64,000 nt of DNA from Candidatus Latescibacterota bacterium (GCA_965248435.1 OZ252100.1:2496001-2560000); one strand, 5' to 3'. Shown: positions 39,370 through 48,676, counted from the stretch's first letter. Numbers and translations are program-made. Notes: a model not told the origin generated them from the sequence alone.

Positions 39370-40854
39370 ATGCCTACCAAACTAGAACCCTGCCCCCTTT
39401 TCATCGGAGGAGAATGGGTCGCCTCCTCCGCGTCAGAGACCGAGCCGGTCTACAATCCCTCCGAGGGCATCCAGATCAGTGCGACGCCCCTGTGTGGAAA
39501 AGATGAGGTGGACAAAGCCGTCCAGGCTGCTGCGGATGCCTTTCCGGAATGGGCGAATACGCCGGTCGTGGACCGAGCCCGGATCCTGTTCCGCTATAAG
39601 CACCTGCTCGAAGAACAGTTCGAGGAGCTTTCCCAGACGCTCACCCGCGAGCACGGCAAGACCCTGGAGGAATCCAGGGGCTCCGTTCGGCGCGGCATCG
39701 AAGTCGTTGAGTTCGCGTGCGGCGCGCCCTCCCTCATGATGGGCGAGTCCCTCGAAAACATCGCCGCGGGGATCGACTGCGATACGGTCCGCACACCGCT
39801 GGGCGTCTGCGCGGCCATCACACCCTTCAATTTCCCCGTGATGGTCCCGCTCTGGACCCTTCCCGTCGCCATCGCCTGCGGAAACACCTTCATCCTGAAG
39901 CCTTCCGAGAAGGTTCCGCTCAGCGCCATCCGCCTCGTAGAGCTCCTGGAGGAGGCAGGACTCCCACCCGGTGTCTGCAATCTGGTCCACGGCGGGCGCG
40001 AAGCTGTAGACACGCTCTTGAACCATCATCAGGTCCGAGCCATCTCCTTTGTCGGCTCGACGCCCGTCGCGAAATACATCTATGAAACCGCAACCCGCAA
40101 CGGCAAGCGGGTCCAGTCATCAGGGGGGGCCAAAAATTTCATGGTCATCCTGCCCGACGCAGACCTCGACAGCACGATCACCGCCATTATGGGTTCTGCT
40201 TATGGATGCGCAGGGGAACGGTGTATGGCCGGAAGCGCGCTCGTCTGCGCGGAGGGCGCGGGAGACCGATTCATGCCGCCACTGAGCGACGCCGCAAGAC
40301 AGATCCGTGTGGGTCCCACCGATCGCGACGCCGATGCGCAGATGGGACCTCTTGTGACGGCCCAACACCGCGACCGGGTCATCGAACATATAGACCGGGG
40401 CGTGTCCGAAGGAGCAGATCTGGTCGTCGACGGGCGGGGCGTGAGGGTTGAAGACACACCCAACGGATTCTATGTGGGCCCCACAATCTTCGATCAAGTC
40501 ACATCGCAGATGAGCATCGTCAGAGACGAGATCTTCGGCCCCGTCCTCTCCGTGATGCGAACCGATGACCTGAACGCCGCGATCGAAGCCTGCAACAACA
40601 GCGGCTACGGTAATGCCGCGGTCCTCTTCACGTCCAACGGGAGCGCCGCCCGCGAGTTTCGTCACTCTGTCAGCGCGGGCATGGTCGGCATCAACATCGG
40701 CGTCCCCGCGCCTATGGCTTTCTTTCCCTTTGCAGGGTGGAACAATTCTTTTTATGGTGACCTCCACGTGCAGGGGCGCGAGAGCATCGCCTTCTTCACG
40801 CAGCAGAAGGTCACAATCAGCCGCTGGGCACCCAGCCAGAAAACGATTTTTTGA
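39370..40854 (+). CDS. mmsA: Methylmalonate-semialdehyde dehydrogenase (CoA-acylating)
   Basis: ITPFNFP.MVP, LKPSE, SFVGST, GKRVQ..GGAKN, AGERCMA, EIFGP, GINIGVPAP. Confidence 0.92.
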   Translation: MPTKLEPCPLFIGGEWVASSASETEPVYNPSEGIQISATPLCGKDEVDKAVQAAADAFPEWANTPVVDRARILFRYKHLLEEQFEELSQTLTREHGKTLEESRGSVRRGIEVVEFACGAPSLMMGESLENIAAGIDCDTVRTPLGVCAAITPFNFPVMVPLWTLPVAIACGNTFILKPSEKVPLSAIRLVELLEEAGLPPGVCNLVHGGREAVDTLLNHHQVRAISFVGSTPVAKYIYETATRNGKRVQSSGGAKNFMVILPDADLDSTITAIMGSAYGCAGERCMAGSALVCAEGAGDRFMPPLSDAARQIRVGPTDRDADAQMGPLVTAQHRDRVIEHIDRGVSEGADLVVDGRGVRVEDTPNGFYVGPTIFDQVTSQMSIVRDEIFGPVLSVMRTDDLNAAIEACNNSGYGNAAVLFTSNGSAAREFRHSVSAGMVGINIGVPAPMAFFPFAGWNNSFYGDLHVQGRESIAFFTQQKVTISRWAPSQKTIF

Positions 40855-40860
40855 ATCGAA

Positions 40861-40980
40861 GGCCCTCACCCCCGGCCCCTCTCCCACACGTGGGAGAGGG
40901 GAGAAATGCTAAATGTTTGTCTTTTCCCTCTCCCATTTACGGGAGAGGGATGCCGAGCGAAGCGAGACAAGGTGAGGGCC
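40861..40980. repeat. Inverted pair of CCCTCACC..CCCTCTCCC..GGGAGAGGG repeats
   Basis: ggccctcacc at left end and ggtgagggcc at right end; right copy matches 18656-18713. Confidence 0.82.
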
Positions 40981-42051
40981 GTGAATAGTCGCCTCAAGAA
41001 GCTCACTAGAGATCTCCTATCGCTGCCCACCGCCCCTTTCCATGAAGAGGTGGTGCTCGCCTACATCCGAGAGTTTGCCAGAAAACGCGCGCTGGATCTA
41101 AAGTCGGATCGCTATGGAAACCTCGTTGTTCGATACCGGAACGGGGATCGTCCCAAACCGGTCGCCCTCTCTGCTCACACCGACCATCCCGGATTTGAAA
41201 TCCTGGATGTGTGCGGGCTTGACATCGGCGCCCGGTGGCTCGGCGGTTGCGATCCGAATCACTTTCCCGGTGGCGCCGTGACCATCATCTCAGGCGGGGA
41301 GGAGATCGCCGGCCGCGCCACATCGCCTCTCGCGAGGGACAAAACCTTCGCCGTCCGTTCCCGGAGGGCGCTGCCGAACGCAAACGGATTCGGCTATTGG
41401 CGTCTGAAATCAGTCGACTTCGACGGGGACCGGATCAAGACCAAAGCGGCAGACAATCTCGCCGGCTGTGTCGCCATCCTGGCCACGCTGGACCGCCTTC
41501 AACAGATGGGTGAGGTCGCGGACCTGCGCGCGGTGTTTACACGCGCCGAGGAGGTCGGGCTTCTGGGCGCCGGAGGAATCGTCCATGCGAAGACGCTGCC
41601 GAAACGCGTGCCGTTGATTGTGCTGGAGGCGAGCAAGGAACTTCCCGGCGCGAAAATCGGAGACGGTCCGGTTGTCCGCGTCGGGGACGCGATGACCGTC
41701 TTCGACCCGAAAATCGAATTCTCACTCCATACGAAGGCCGCGAATCTTCAAAGGACGAAACGCAATTTCCGATATCAGAGGCAGCTCATGAGCGGAGGCG
41801 TCTGTGAGGTCACCCTCTACGCCCTCCACGATCTGCCGGTCGGAGCGCTGGCCTTCCCCCTGGGGAACTACCACAACCAGGGCAAACGCTGGCCCGCTCA
41901 GGAAGTCATCTCCGCCTCAGACCTGGCGGGGATGATCGAGCTCTGCTTTGCGATCGCCGTGGATCCGCCTTCAGGCAAAGCCTGGCGCCCCATCGCAAAG
42001 CGGTTCTCTTCCGCCTTCAACAAACAGAAACGCCGCCTGATGCGAACCTGA
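40981..42051 (+). CDS. M20/M28/M42-type metallopeptidase
   Basis: AHTDHPG, ADNL.G, RAEEVG, GPV.R.GD, GG.CE, LGNYHN; GTG start after repeat. Confidence 0.8.
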   Translation: MNSRLKKLTRDLLSLPTAPFHEEVVLAYIREFARKRALDLKSDRYGNLVVRYRNGDRPKPVALSAHTDHPGFEILDVCGLDIGARWLGGCDPNHFPGGAVTIISGGEEIAGRATSPLARDKTFAVRSRRALPNANGFGYWRLKSVDFDGDRIKTKAADNLAGCVAILATLDRLQQMGEVADLRAVFTRAEEVGLLGAGGIVHAKTLPKRVPLIVLEASKELPGAKIGDGPVVRVGDAMTVFDPKIEFSLHTKAANLQRTKRNFRYQRQLMSGGVCEVTLYALHDLPVGALAFPLGNYHNQGKRWPAQEVISASDLAGMIELCFAIAVDPPSGKAWRPIAKRFSSAFNKQKRRLMRT

Positions 42052-42067
42052 ATCACATCAACTAGGG

Positions 42068-42114
42068 GCCCCACCTGTAGAGACGCCCCGGTGGGGCGTC
42101 TCTACAGGTGGGGC
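42068..42114. repeat. Perfect 22-bp-stem palindrome with GTAGAGACGCCCC REP core
   Basis: gccccacctgtagagacgcccc-ggt-ggggcgtctctacaggtggggc. Confidence 0.85.
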
Positions 42115-42141
42115 TCTCTACCTTTCCAACGGGGGTTTATT

Positions 42142-42933
42142 ATGTCCGAATTCGAAAACAAAGTCGTCGTCGTAACCGGTGGGGCCAAGGGCATCGGCAG
42201 GGGAATCAGCCTGGCGTTCGCTCGAGAAGCTGCTCAGGTCGTGTGCGCGGATATAGACGAGGAGGCAGGCGAGAAGATCTGCGAGGAGGCTCAGCACCTG
42301 GCAGGCAGCATCCTCTTCAAAGCCGGAGATGTAGCCAAGAACAGCGAGTGCGAAGCCGTGACCGAAACCGCTGTGTCTGAGTTTGGAGGCGTCGACGTCC
42401 TTTGCAACAATGTCGGTATCCAGCCCCTGGACGCCTACTTACCGGCCCACGAATATCCCGAAGCGTTGTGGGATCGGATTATGGACGTCAATCTCAAGAG
42501 TTATTTCCTGATGGCCAAATGCTGCATCCCTCAAATGCTGAAGCGGGGTGGAGGAGCAATCATCAACACGGCGAGTGTGCAGGGGCTGCAATCGATGAAA
42601 GGCGTCTCTGCTTACGCAGCGAGCAAGGGCGGAATCCTGTCATTGACCCGTCAGCTCGCCCTGGAATATGCTGCAGACAACATCCGGGTACTTTCCGTGA
42701 ATCCCGGCGCCATCAAGACCCCCATGATGGTGGACAGCGTGGCCTTTATGAGCGACGATCCGGACGCGCTCAAGAAAATGGCCGAGAACGTCCCGGCCAA
42801 GCGACTCGGAACGCCCGAGGACATCGCCGAAGTCGTTCTCTTCCTCGCAAGTCCCAGGGCCTCCTACATGACGGGCGAATACGTCTGCGTCGACGGCGGA
42901 TACATGGCCTTCGGGCAATGGGGTGAGGTGTAA
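42142..42933 (+). CDS. Short-chain dehydrogenase/reductase
   Basis: VTGGAKGIG, NNVG, YAASK, VNPG, VDGG. Confidence 0.93.
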   Translation: MSEFENKVVVVTGGAKGIGRGISLAFAREAAQVVCADIDEEAGEKICEEAQHLAGSILFKAGDVAKNSECEAVTETAVSEFGGVDVLCNNVGIQPLDAYLPAHEYPEALWDRIMDVNLKSYFLMAKCCIPQMLKRGGGAIINTASVQGLQSMKGVSAYAASKGGILSLTRQLALEYAADNIRVLSVNPGAIKTPMMVDSVAFMSDDPDALKKMAENVPAKRLGTPEDIAEVVLFLASPRASYMTGEYVCVDGGYMAFGQWGEV

Positions 42934-42948
42934 TTAATATTCAATATG

Positions 42949-42993
42949 GTAGAGACGCCCCCGGTGGAGTGTTTCCTCCGATGGGGCGTCTCT
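42949..42993. repeat. GTAGAGACGCCCC REP hairpin
   Basis: gtagagacgcccc..ggggcgtctct. Confidence 0.75.
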
Positions 42994-43015
42994 CAATTTC
43001 GAAAGGAGCATCATT

Positions 43016-43333
43016 ATGGTATACGAACAGCGCACCTACATCGTTCCCGAAGGGCGAATGCCGGACATTCTCGACCGATTTGAATCCACGACCTTCGGGC
43101 TCTTCGAAAGGCACGGTATCGAGGTCGTGGGCTTCTGGACCCGGACCGATGCCAACGAGCTCGTCTACCTTTGCAAATTCGAGAGTGAGGCGGCAAAGGA
43201 AACCGCCTGGGACGCCTTTCGGTCGGATCCGGAATGGGTCGCGACCCGGGAACGGACGGAAGCCAACGGCGCCATCGTTGGCGAAATCATCTCACACATC
43301 CTTGTCCCGACCTCTTTCTCTCCCATGCAGTAG
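43016..43333 (+). CDS. NIPSNAP family protein
   Basis: YE.RTY....G, F.RHGI..VGFW, W.AF..DPEW, L.PT.FSP. Confidence 0.9.
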   Translation: MVYEQRTYIVPEGRMPDILDRFESTTFGLFERHGIEVVGFWTRTDANELVYLCKFESEAAKETAWDAFRSDPEWVATRERTEANGAIVGEIISHILVPTSFSPMQ

Positions 43334-43399
43334 GTACCCGATCCTATCGTCTTCTCATCTGCGTGTAATTCGCTATTTCTTTGCGTCTGCGGTGAGACT

Positions 43400-44689
43400 T
43401 TAGTCCTTTAGGATGAGCTCGATTACGGGGACCGCCACATCCGGCCTCTGAACGGGCAGAGCCAGGGTCACGAGATCCTCTCCCAAATCTCTGGGCGTCG
43501 TGTTGCCGCCGCCTATTGGAGGCACGTATCTCTGGATCTCAGACCCATCATTGAGCAGCTGTGCGTAGGCCACTCGATCCCTCAGGCCCTCGAGATGCAC
43601 GTGCTTGAACGGCCATTCGAACAGGTGGAGATAGAGCCGGTTTCCTCGCTGCGTATACCGACAGCCCGTCGGCGCCAGGAATTCGCTCTGTGTCGCACCG
43701 GTAATCGATCGGTCGTGCAGGCGCATCCATTCTCCAATGTCCTCGAGCGTCTGAAGTGCTTTCGGATCGAACTCACCCCGGGCGGTCGGCCCGACGTTCA
43801 GGATGAGATTACCGCCCTTTGAGACCGTGTCGATCAGCATTTGGACCAGCATGTCCACAGGCTTCCAGTCCAGATTGTCCCGATCATATCCCCAGCTGCC
43901 GTTAAGCGTCTGGCATGCCTCCCAAACCACCGGCTTTCCGTCTACCTGAACCCACGCACGGGGTTGATGCTGTTCCGGGGTGGTGTAATCTCCGGGCAGT
44001 TCGGTTCGGTTATTGATCAAGATGCCGGGCATGAGCTCTCTGACCATGCCGACCAGCTTCTCCGACTGCCAGTCTTCCTTACCTTTCCCTTCTCCCCATT
44101 CCAGTGCTCGATCTGAATAGGAAAAATCCATGAACAGGACATCGATCTTCCCGAACCCGGTCATCAGTTCGCGGACCTGACCGTGCAGGTATTCGGCGTA
44201 CTTTCGAATGTCACGTCCCGCTTCCCGTTCTTTGAAGGCGATGTCGTTGCGCTGAGGGTGGAGGGCGTCCACCGGAAATTCCGGATGGTGCCAATCGATC
44301 AGGGAGTGGTAAAAGCCGATTTTGAGACCCTCCGCCCGGAAGGCCTCCACCATGGGCTTGAGAAGATCCCTCCCGGCAGGCGTATTTGGAGCTTTGTAGT
44401 CGGTCAGCTTGGAGTCCCAGAGACAGAATCCGTCATGGTGTTTCGTCGTCACCACAAAATATTTCATCCCGGCTTTCCTGGCGGACGCCGCCCACAATTC
44501 AGGATCGTATAGATCCGGATCGAACTGTTCAAAATAGTTTTGATACGCCTCATCCGCGATCTCCTCTCTGTTCTTGATCCACTCGTGGCGCCCCGGAAGG
44601 GAATAGATGCCCCAGTGGATAAACAGCCCGAATCGATCTTGGACGAACCAGTCTCTGTCAGCTGGCGTTGAATCTGGCTGTGGTATCAT
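43400..44689 (-). CDS. Alpha-L-fucosidase (GH29)
   Basis: FGLFIHWG, TTKHHDGFCLW, SLIDWHHP, NNR, TPEQ, WE.C.T...SWGY, GGN..LNVGP. Confidence 0.93.
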   Translation of the reverse strand: MIPQPDSTPADRDWFVQDRFGLFIHWGIYSLPGRHEWIKNREEIADEAYQNYFEQFDPDLYDPELWAASARKAGMKYFVVTTKHHDGFCLWDSKLTDYKAPNTPAGRDLLKPMVEAFRAEGLKIGFYHSLIDWHHPEFPVDALHPQRNDIAFKEREAGRDIRKYAEYLHGQVRELMTGFGKIDVLFMDFSYSDRALEWGEGKGKEDWQSEKLVGMVRELMPGILINNRTELPGDYTTPEQHQPRAWVQVDGKPVVWEACQTLNGSWGYDRDNLDWKPVDMLVQMLIDTVSKGGNLILNVGPTARGEFDPKALQTLEDIGEWMRLHDRSITGATQSEFLAPTGCRYTQRGNRLYLHLFEWPFKHVHLEGLRDRVAYAQLLNDGSEIQRYVPPIGGGNTTPRDLGEDLVTLALPVQRPDVAVPVIELILKD

Positions 44690-44707
44690 CTCAGGACTCC
44701 TTCCAAA

Positions 44708-44830
44708 TTGTGGATTTGGGATTTCGGATTGCGCGTTATTCACTGCTCTTTTCTGCGCTCCATTCGATCTGCATATTCTTCACCGGTTCTGCCCTTCAAT
44801 TCGCAATCTCAAATCCGCGATCCGCAATCG
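44708..44830. repeat. Inverted pair of AATCCGC heptamer arrays
   Basis: ttgtgga tttggga tttcgga ttgcg ... aattcgc aatctca aatccgc gatccgc aatc. Confidence 0.75.
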
Positions 44831-45014
44831 GAGGGTTATCAAATTAGCCGACAGGAAACGTTTTGTTACACGGATGGCTCGGTCTCGAGAAGCAGGGCTA
44901 TCTTTTGGCGGAGCCCAAACTGCCTTGTTTAGGCGAAGATAGGAGTCCCCCGCCAACGATCAACTCCCTGGCATTCCCTTTGCTGTCTGACGGACCCAAA
45001 GGGAAGCACCGGAA

Positions 45015-45203
45015 ATGGATAGCGAAAAAATGATGCGCCGGCAGATCCTCGATGGACTTGAAGCCCTGCACAGACTCATCCTGAAGTACGCGGAAGGAGA
45101 TCTGTCAGTCAAGCCGGAACGAGACCGGCTCGAAGGCGCCCTCCAGGTCAAGTTCGCCATTTGGCGTTCCCTGGCCAGGGATCGCTCAAACTCGTCACCC
45201 TGA
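45015..45203 (+). CDS. Small hypothetical protein
   Basis: 62-aa ORF with amphipathic helical pattern directly upstream of next ORF; no family recognised. Confidence 0.35.
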   Translation: MDSEKMMRRQILDGLEALHRLILKYAEGDLSVKPERDRLEGALQVKFAIWRSLARDRSNSSP

Positions 45204-45216
45204 AGCAGGACGACGA

Positions 45217-45768
45217 ATGGTTAAGATCAGTCAGTCGATCTTGTCTGTCGCATTGGCCTTGTCACCCGGCGACAGCGCGATTGCACAGCGCCATCTTCCG
45301 AACCTGCAGGTCTTTACAGTGCAGGTACCGATCCTCGTCGATGCGCAAGTCGAACATCCCGCCGTCTACAGCGGATCACCCTCGTTGTCTCTACCCGGCA
45401 TAGGGAAAACTGTCAAGTTTCAACTGTTCTCACCTCTTGCCAGCGGCCAGGAAGTGTTCGAATACAGTGTTGAAATAGAAGATCCGGACTACGAGTTTTC
45501 AGACATCTTCCGTGTTGTCTCCGTGAAAGACTGGGACAAAAGAGAACTGAAGCCCCTCCCCGGATCAAGGAGCACACGGCACACTGCTACGCGCCTGGAT
45601 TTCGTGGTCCTGCCCCCCACAGGCCACGTGGTCACTGTCGAGGTGACCCGGGTAAAGGAAGTCGAGGAACGTCAACCCATCAGAGTAAAACTTTCGGTCA
45701 CGACGGTTTCAGATCCCCCTCGTCGCGTCTCGCGGATGCAGGGTCGGCAGGAACTCCCCTGGCTTTAG
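45217..45768 (+). CDS. Hypothetical, possibly exported beta-rich protein
   Basis: Signal-peptide-like N-terminus ending AIA-Q; no family recognised. Confidence 0.55.
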   Translation: MVKISQSILSVALALSPGDSAIAQRHLPNLQVFTVQVPILVDAQVEHPAVYSGSPSLSLPGIGKTVKFQLFSPLASGQEVFEYSVEIEDPDYEFSDIFRVVSVKDWDKRELKPLPGSRSTRHTATRLDFVVLPPTGHVVTVEVTRVKEVEERQPIRVKLSVTTVSDPPRRVSRMQGRQELPWL

Positions 45769-45783
45769 CTGGAAACAAAAAAT

Positions 45784-45824
45784 CGGGCAGAACGTCTCGG
45801 AGAACAACTCCGTGTTCTGCCCAT
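45784..45824. terminator. Hairpin between convergent genes
   Basis: gggcagaac ... gttctgccc. Confidence 0.45.
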
Positions 45825-45893
45825 TCATTTCTCCAGTCAATCTTCTTTCAGAAGGGTTCCTGCTGTTCCCCCACCTTCATTCCATTCAGACCT

Positions 45894-46136
45894 TCACGGA
45901 ACGATCTGCTTTCCCTCTTCATCCAGAATGATCAGTGCGTTGGCCGGACAAACAGTACAGGCATCTATCAGACGCTCACGGTCTACCTGTTCCGGTTCCA
46001 GAAAGGTTACGATGTCATCCTCCCCAAGAGAAAAAGCTTCGGGGGCAATTCCGAGGCAGTCCTTAAACGCGGCGCAGGACGTTCTGTCTATACGAAGCGT
46101 TAACCCTCCAACCTTCCTCTCGCGCGCGTCGCTCAA
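45894..46136 (-). CDS. Single-cluster ferredoxin (3Fe-4S-like)
   Basis: IDR..CAAFKDC...APE.F and AC.VCP..A; second cluster Cys position is Phe. Confidence 0.8.
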   Translation of the reverse strand: MSDARERKVGGLTLRIDRTSCAAFKDCLGIAPEAFSLGEDDIVTFLEPEQVDRERLIDACTVCPANALIILDEEGKQIVP

Positions 46137-46164
46137 GGGGAGTCCCCTCCTTCTTCTCTAAACT

Positions 46165-46533
46165 CTATTTACTCCCACTCAGTACTTCCTCAACGGCTTC
46201 CAGCATTTCTTTAGAACTAAACGGCTTCACGAATGTGCGTTTGGCCCCCAGGTTATCCGCGGCCGGAATCCGGCTAAAACTTCCCCTTACACCGGTTATC
46301 GCAATCACCTTGACATCAGGATAATCACGTTGAAGTTCCCTGATGGTTTCGACACCGTCTTTCTCGGGCATAAACAGATCCGTGATAACGAGGTCTGCAG
46401 GGTCCTCTTTGTAGGTCTGCACGCCTTCAACGCCGTCCGGGGCGTCCTCCACGTCATAACCCGCTCCCTCAAGCATCTTACGAAGGACCTCCCGCACTTG
46501 TTCGTCGTCTTCGATCACAAGGATACGTGCCAA
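46165..46533 (-). CDS. Single-domain response regulator (receiver)
   Basis: ILVIEDD, VITDLFMP, AITG, KPF; TTG start after GGAGG. Confidence 0.9.
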   Translation of the reverse strand: MARILVIEDDEQVREVLRKMLEGAGYDVEDAPDGVEGVQTYKEDPADLVITDLFMPEKDGVETIRELQRDYPDVKVIAITGVRGSFSRIPAADNLGAKRTFVKPFSSKEMLEAVEEVLSGSK

Positions 46534-46597
46534 AACTACCTCCAACCCTGCCGACTCCGTTGGAAAACACCCAACAGGCCGTTTCAGAAACCTCGCT

Positions 46598-46894
46598 TCA
46601 TTCTAGGGGAACTGAAAGGGCCTGCTTGAGGATCTTCCCAGGCTTGAAGGCCACCCTTCGTCGGACCGGGATAGACACTCGCTCGCCTGTTTTTGGATTA
46701 CGAGCAAACGGCCGGGGGTTTGTTCGTTTCACGGTCCACGCCCCGAATCCCCTGATCTCGATCCTTTCCCCATGATTTATGGCGTCGACCAAGGCATCGA
46801 ACGCAGCGTCGACGGCCTGTCTGGCCAGAGCCTTGCTGCACCCAAGCACATCGGAAAGCATGTGAGCCAGGTCGGACCGCTTCACAGTGCTCAT
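46598..46894 (-). CDS. Integration host factor / HU family protein
   Basis: GERIEIRGFG, ARNPKTGE.V, V.FKPGK.LK. Confidence 0.92.
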   Translation of the reverse strand: MSTVKRSDLAHMLSDVLGCSKALARQAVDAAFDALVDAINHGERIEIRGFGAWTVKRTNPRPFARNPKTGERVSIPVRRRVAFKPGKILKQALSVPLE

Positions 46895-47129
46895 ATCCCC
46901 TCCAAGGACTTGCAGCTGGTCCTGACACGCGACCCGAAAACAGGCCAGATTATCTAAAAAAGAATCCAAAAAAATAGCACACCTATCTCGGTGCGCTGCC
47001 CCTATTCACCTCACGTCCCGCCGCCAAGCGATTTGTACGGCGTCCACTATAAACAGGATTCGAAAAGATGTCAATCAGAAACTTTCGATACCTCAGCGAC
47101 CTGAATCTTGACATCTATTTAGACAGCCG

Positions 47130-48188
47130 CTACCCCTGCCGCCTTTCGGTCGGTTCAGGGATGCTCCTGGCGCCGCGAGTTTCGCCCACGGCGAGGCGCG
47201 CTGCAAACGCGTGCTCTAGGGTGAGTTGCAGCACGTTGATGTCGCACGGTTTTGTCAGATACTCGTACGCGCCCAACTCGATCGTCTTTCCGGCGATCAC
47301 CTCGTCCTCAACCCCCGTCAGGATCAGAACCACCATCTGATCGTTCAGCCTCTTGGCCTGCCTAAGGACGCTTATGCCATCAGTCCCGGGCATCCGAAGA
47401 TCCACAAGCGCTGCGTCATACCGAGCTGTTCTCAGCATACGGGTCGCCTCTTCTCCACCCTCCGCCACCACAGCGAGATACCCGAGCGCTTCAAGAGCAA
47501 GGGCGATGCCCTCCGCCAGTGACCGGTCATCGTCCACGACAAGGATGCGTTCTGACTTCCGCTCTGATGTTCCTCCTGACGGCCCTTTCGAAATGATTCT
47601 TCTCATGTCGCATCCGAACATCTCCTCGAGGCACCACTGAACTATTCGGAGGGCGTCGGCCAGTCTAAATGGCTTTCTCAGATAGTAGGATGCCCCCAAT
47701 TCCAGTATGGCCTTTCGGGCCATTTCGTAGGTTGCAAACCCCGAAATCAAAATCACCTTGGCTCCCGGCGAGGCCTCCTTGATGGCCTCGATAACCTGTA
47801 GGCCCGAAACGTATTCACCTCTCACCGCTACAGGATTGATCAGTTTGATGTCAACCAGGGCGATCCCTATCGGCCTCTCCCTCGCGAAAACAATGGCCTC
47901 CTCTCCCGATGCGAATACATGAATGGCCTCGGTAGGATAGTCAAGCGTCTCGAACTGATTGGTGAGAAAATCAGTAATCAACAATTCGTCATCGACGATC
48001 AGCAGGTTCGGTGCACGGCTGACGAAAGTAAACCGGCCCGGAGCCACGTCATCCGTGGTGTTCTCTTCTGACAGGAAAAGTGAGACGAGGTGTCTCAGAT
48101 CGGCGTAGCGCGTAGGAGGAATGGACGGATCCTTTTCTGCGTCCGCAAAGCATTGCCGGCTAACCTGGTGGGATTCGGCAAAGTCCAT
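47130..48188 (-). CDS. Tandem double-receiver protein with N-terminal extension
   Basis: Two REC domains (LIVDD..LVD..ISG..KP; LVVDD..LVD..MP..LTG..KP), no output domain. Confidence 0.85.
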   Translation of the reverse strand: MDFAESHQVSRQCFADAEKDPSIPPTRYADLRHLVSLFLSEENTTDDVAPGRFTFVSRAPNLLIVDDELLITDFLTNQFETLDYPTEAIHVFASGEEAIVFARERPIGIALVDIKLINPVAVRGEYVSGLQVIEAIKEASPGAKVILISGFATYEMARKAILELGASYYLRKPFRLADALRIVQWCLEEMFGCDMRRIISKGPSGGTSERKSERILVVDDDRSLAEGIALALEALGYLAVVAEGGEEATRMLRTARYDAALVDLRMPGTDGISVLRQAKRLNDQMVVLILTGVEDEVIAGKTIELGAYEYLTKPCDINVLQLTLEHAFAARLAVGETRGARSIPEPTERRQG

Positions 48189-48450
48189 TCGGATCTCCGT
48201 AAAAAAAAAATGGGCGTACCCTGTCCGAGTGTACACCACAGGAGATGGATCAATAATCAACCCACGAGAACGACAATCTGCTCCTAAGTCCCAGTATACC
48301 AACAAGTTGATCGAGTTGTCAACCCATTTTCCGTCGGCATTTACTTTGGCGAATCTCAGCCCAAAACTGCAAGAAATCTACCAGGCGCGGTTCCGCTGTC
48401 CTTGTGCCGCCTTTCCCGGTCCCTCCGGAGAATACACATTAGATAAAGAT

Positions 48451-48463
48451 TAACAAACGGTTA
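48451..48463 (+). promoter_or_regulatory. IHF-binding-site-like sequence
   Basis: TAACAAACGGTTA versus WATCAANNNNTTR (one mismatch), with AT-rich 5' flank. Confidence 0.5.
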
Positions 48464-48500
48464 TGCCTGTGACCACGAACGCTGTCCGGATCCCCGTCAG

Positions 48501-48516
48501 TGGCACGGAGCATGCT
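48501..48516 (+). promoter_or_regulatory. sigma54 (-24/-12) promoter
   Basis: TGGCACGGAGCATGCT: GG-N10-GC with TGGCAC and TGCT. Confidence 0.7.
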
Positions 48517-48559
48517 GTTTAGTATATTGTAAAGAACAACATTCAAAGGAGGGAAGAAG

Positions 48560-48676
48560 ATGACCTTATTCATATTTCTCCTCGTAATCAGCTTGCCGAT
48601 CTTCCACATTTTCCTGGGCAGACGACTCGTGGAAGCCCGGAAAACTCTGGACGAGATAAAATCGAGACGTCACTAA
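48560..48676 (+). CDS. 38-aa single-pass membrane peptide (not in ORF track)
   Basis: AAGGAGG RBS; MTLFIFLLVISLPIFHIFLGRRLVEARKTLDEIKSRRH-stop; follows sigma54 site. Confidence 0.6.
   Translation: MTLFIFLLVISLPIFHIFLGRRLVEARKTLDEIKSRRH

Noticed and set aside
44890-44960. Known riboswitch or HDV-like ribozyme
   Set aside because: Does not fit the c-di-GMP, fluoride, glutamine or HDV consensus as I recall them; kept only as a low-interest unknown structure.
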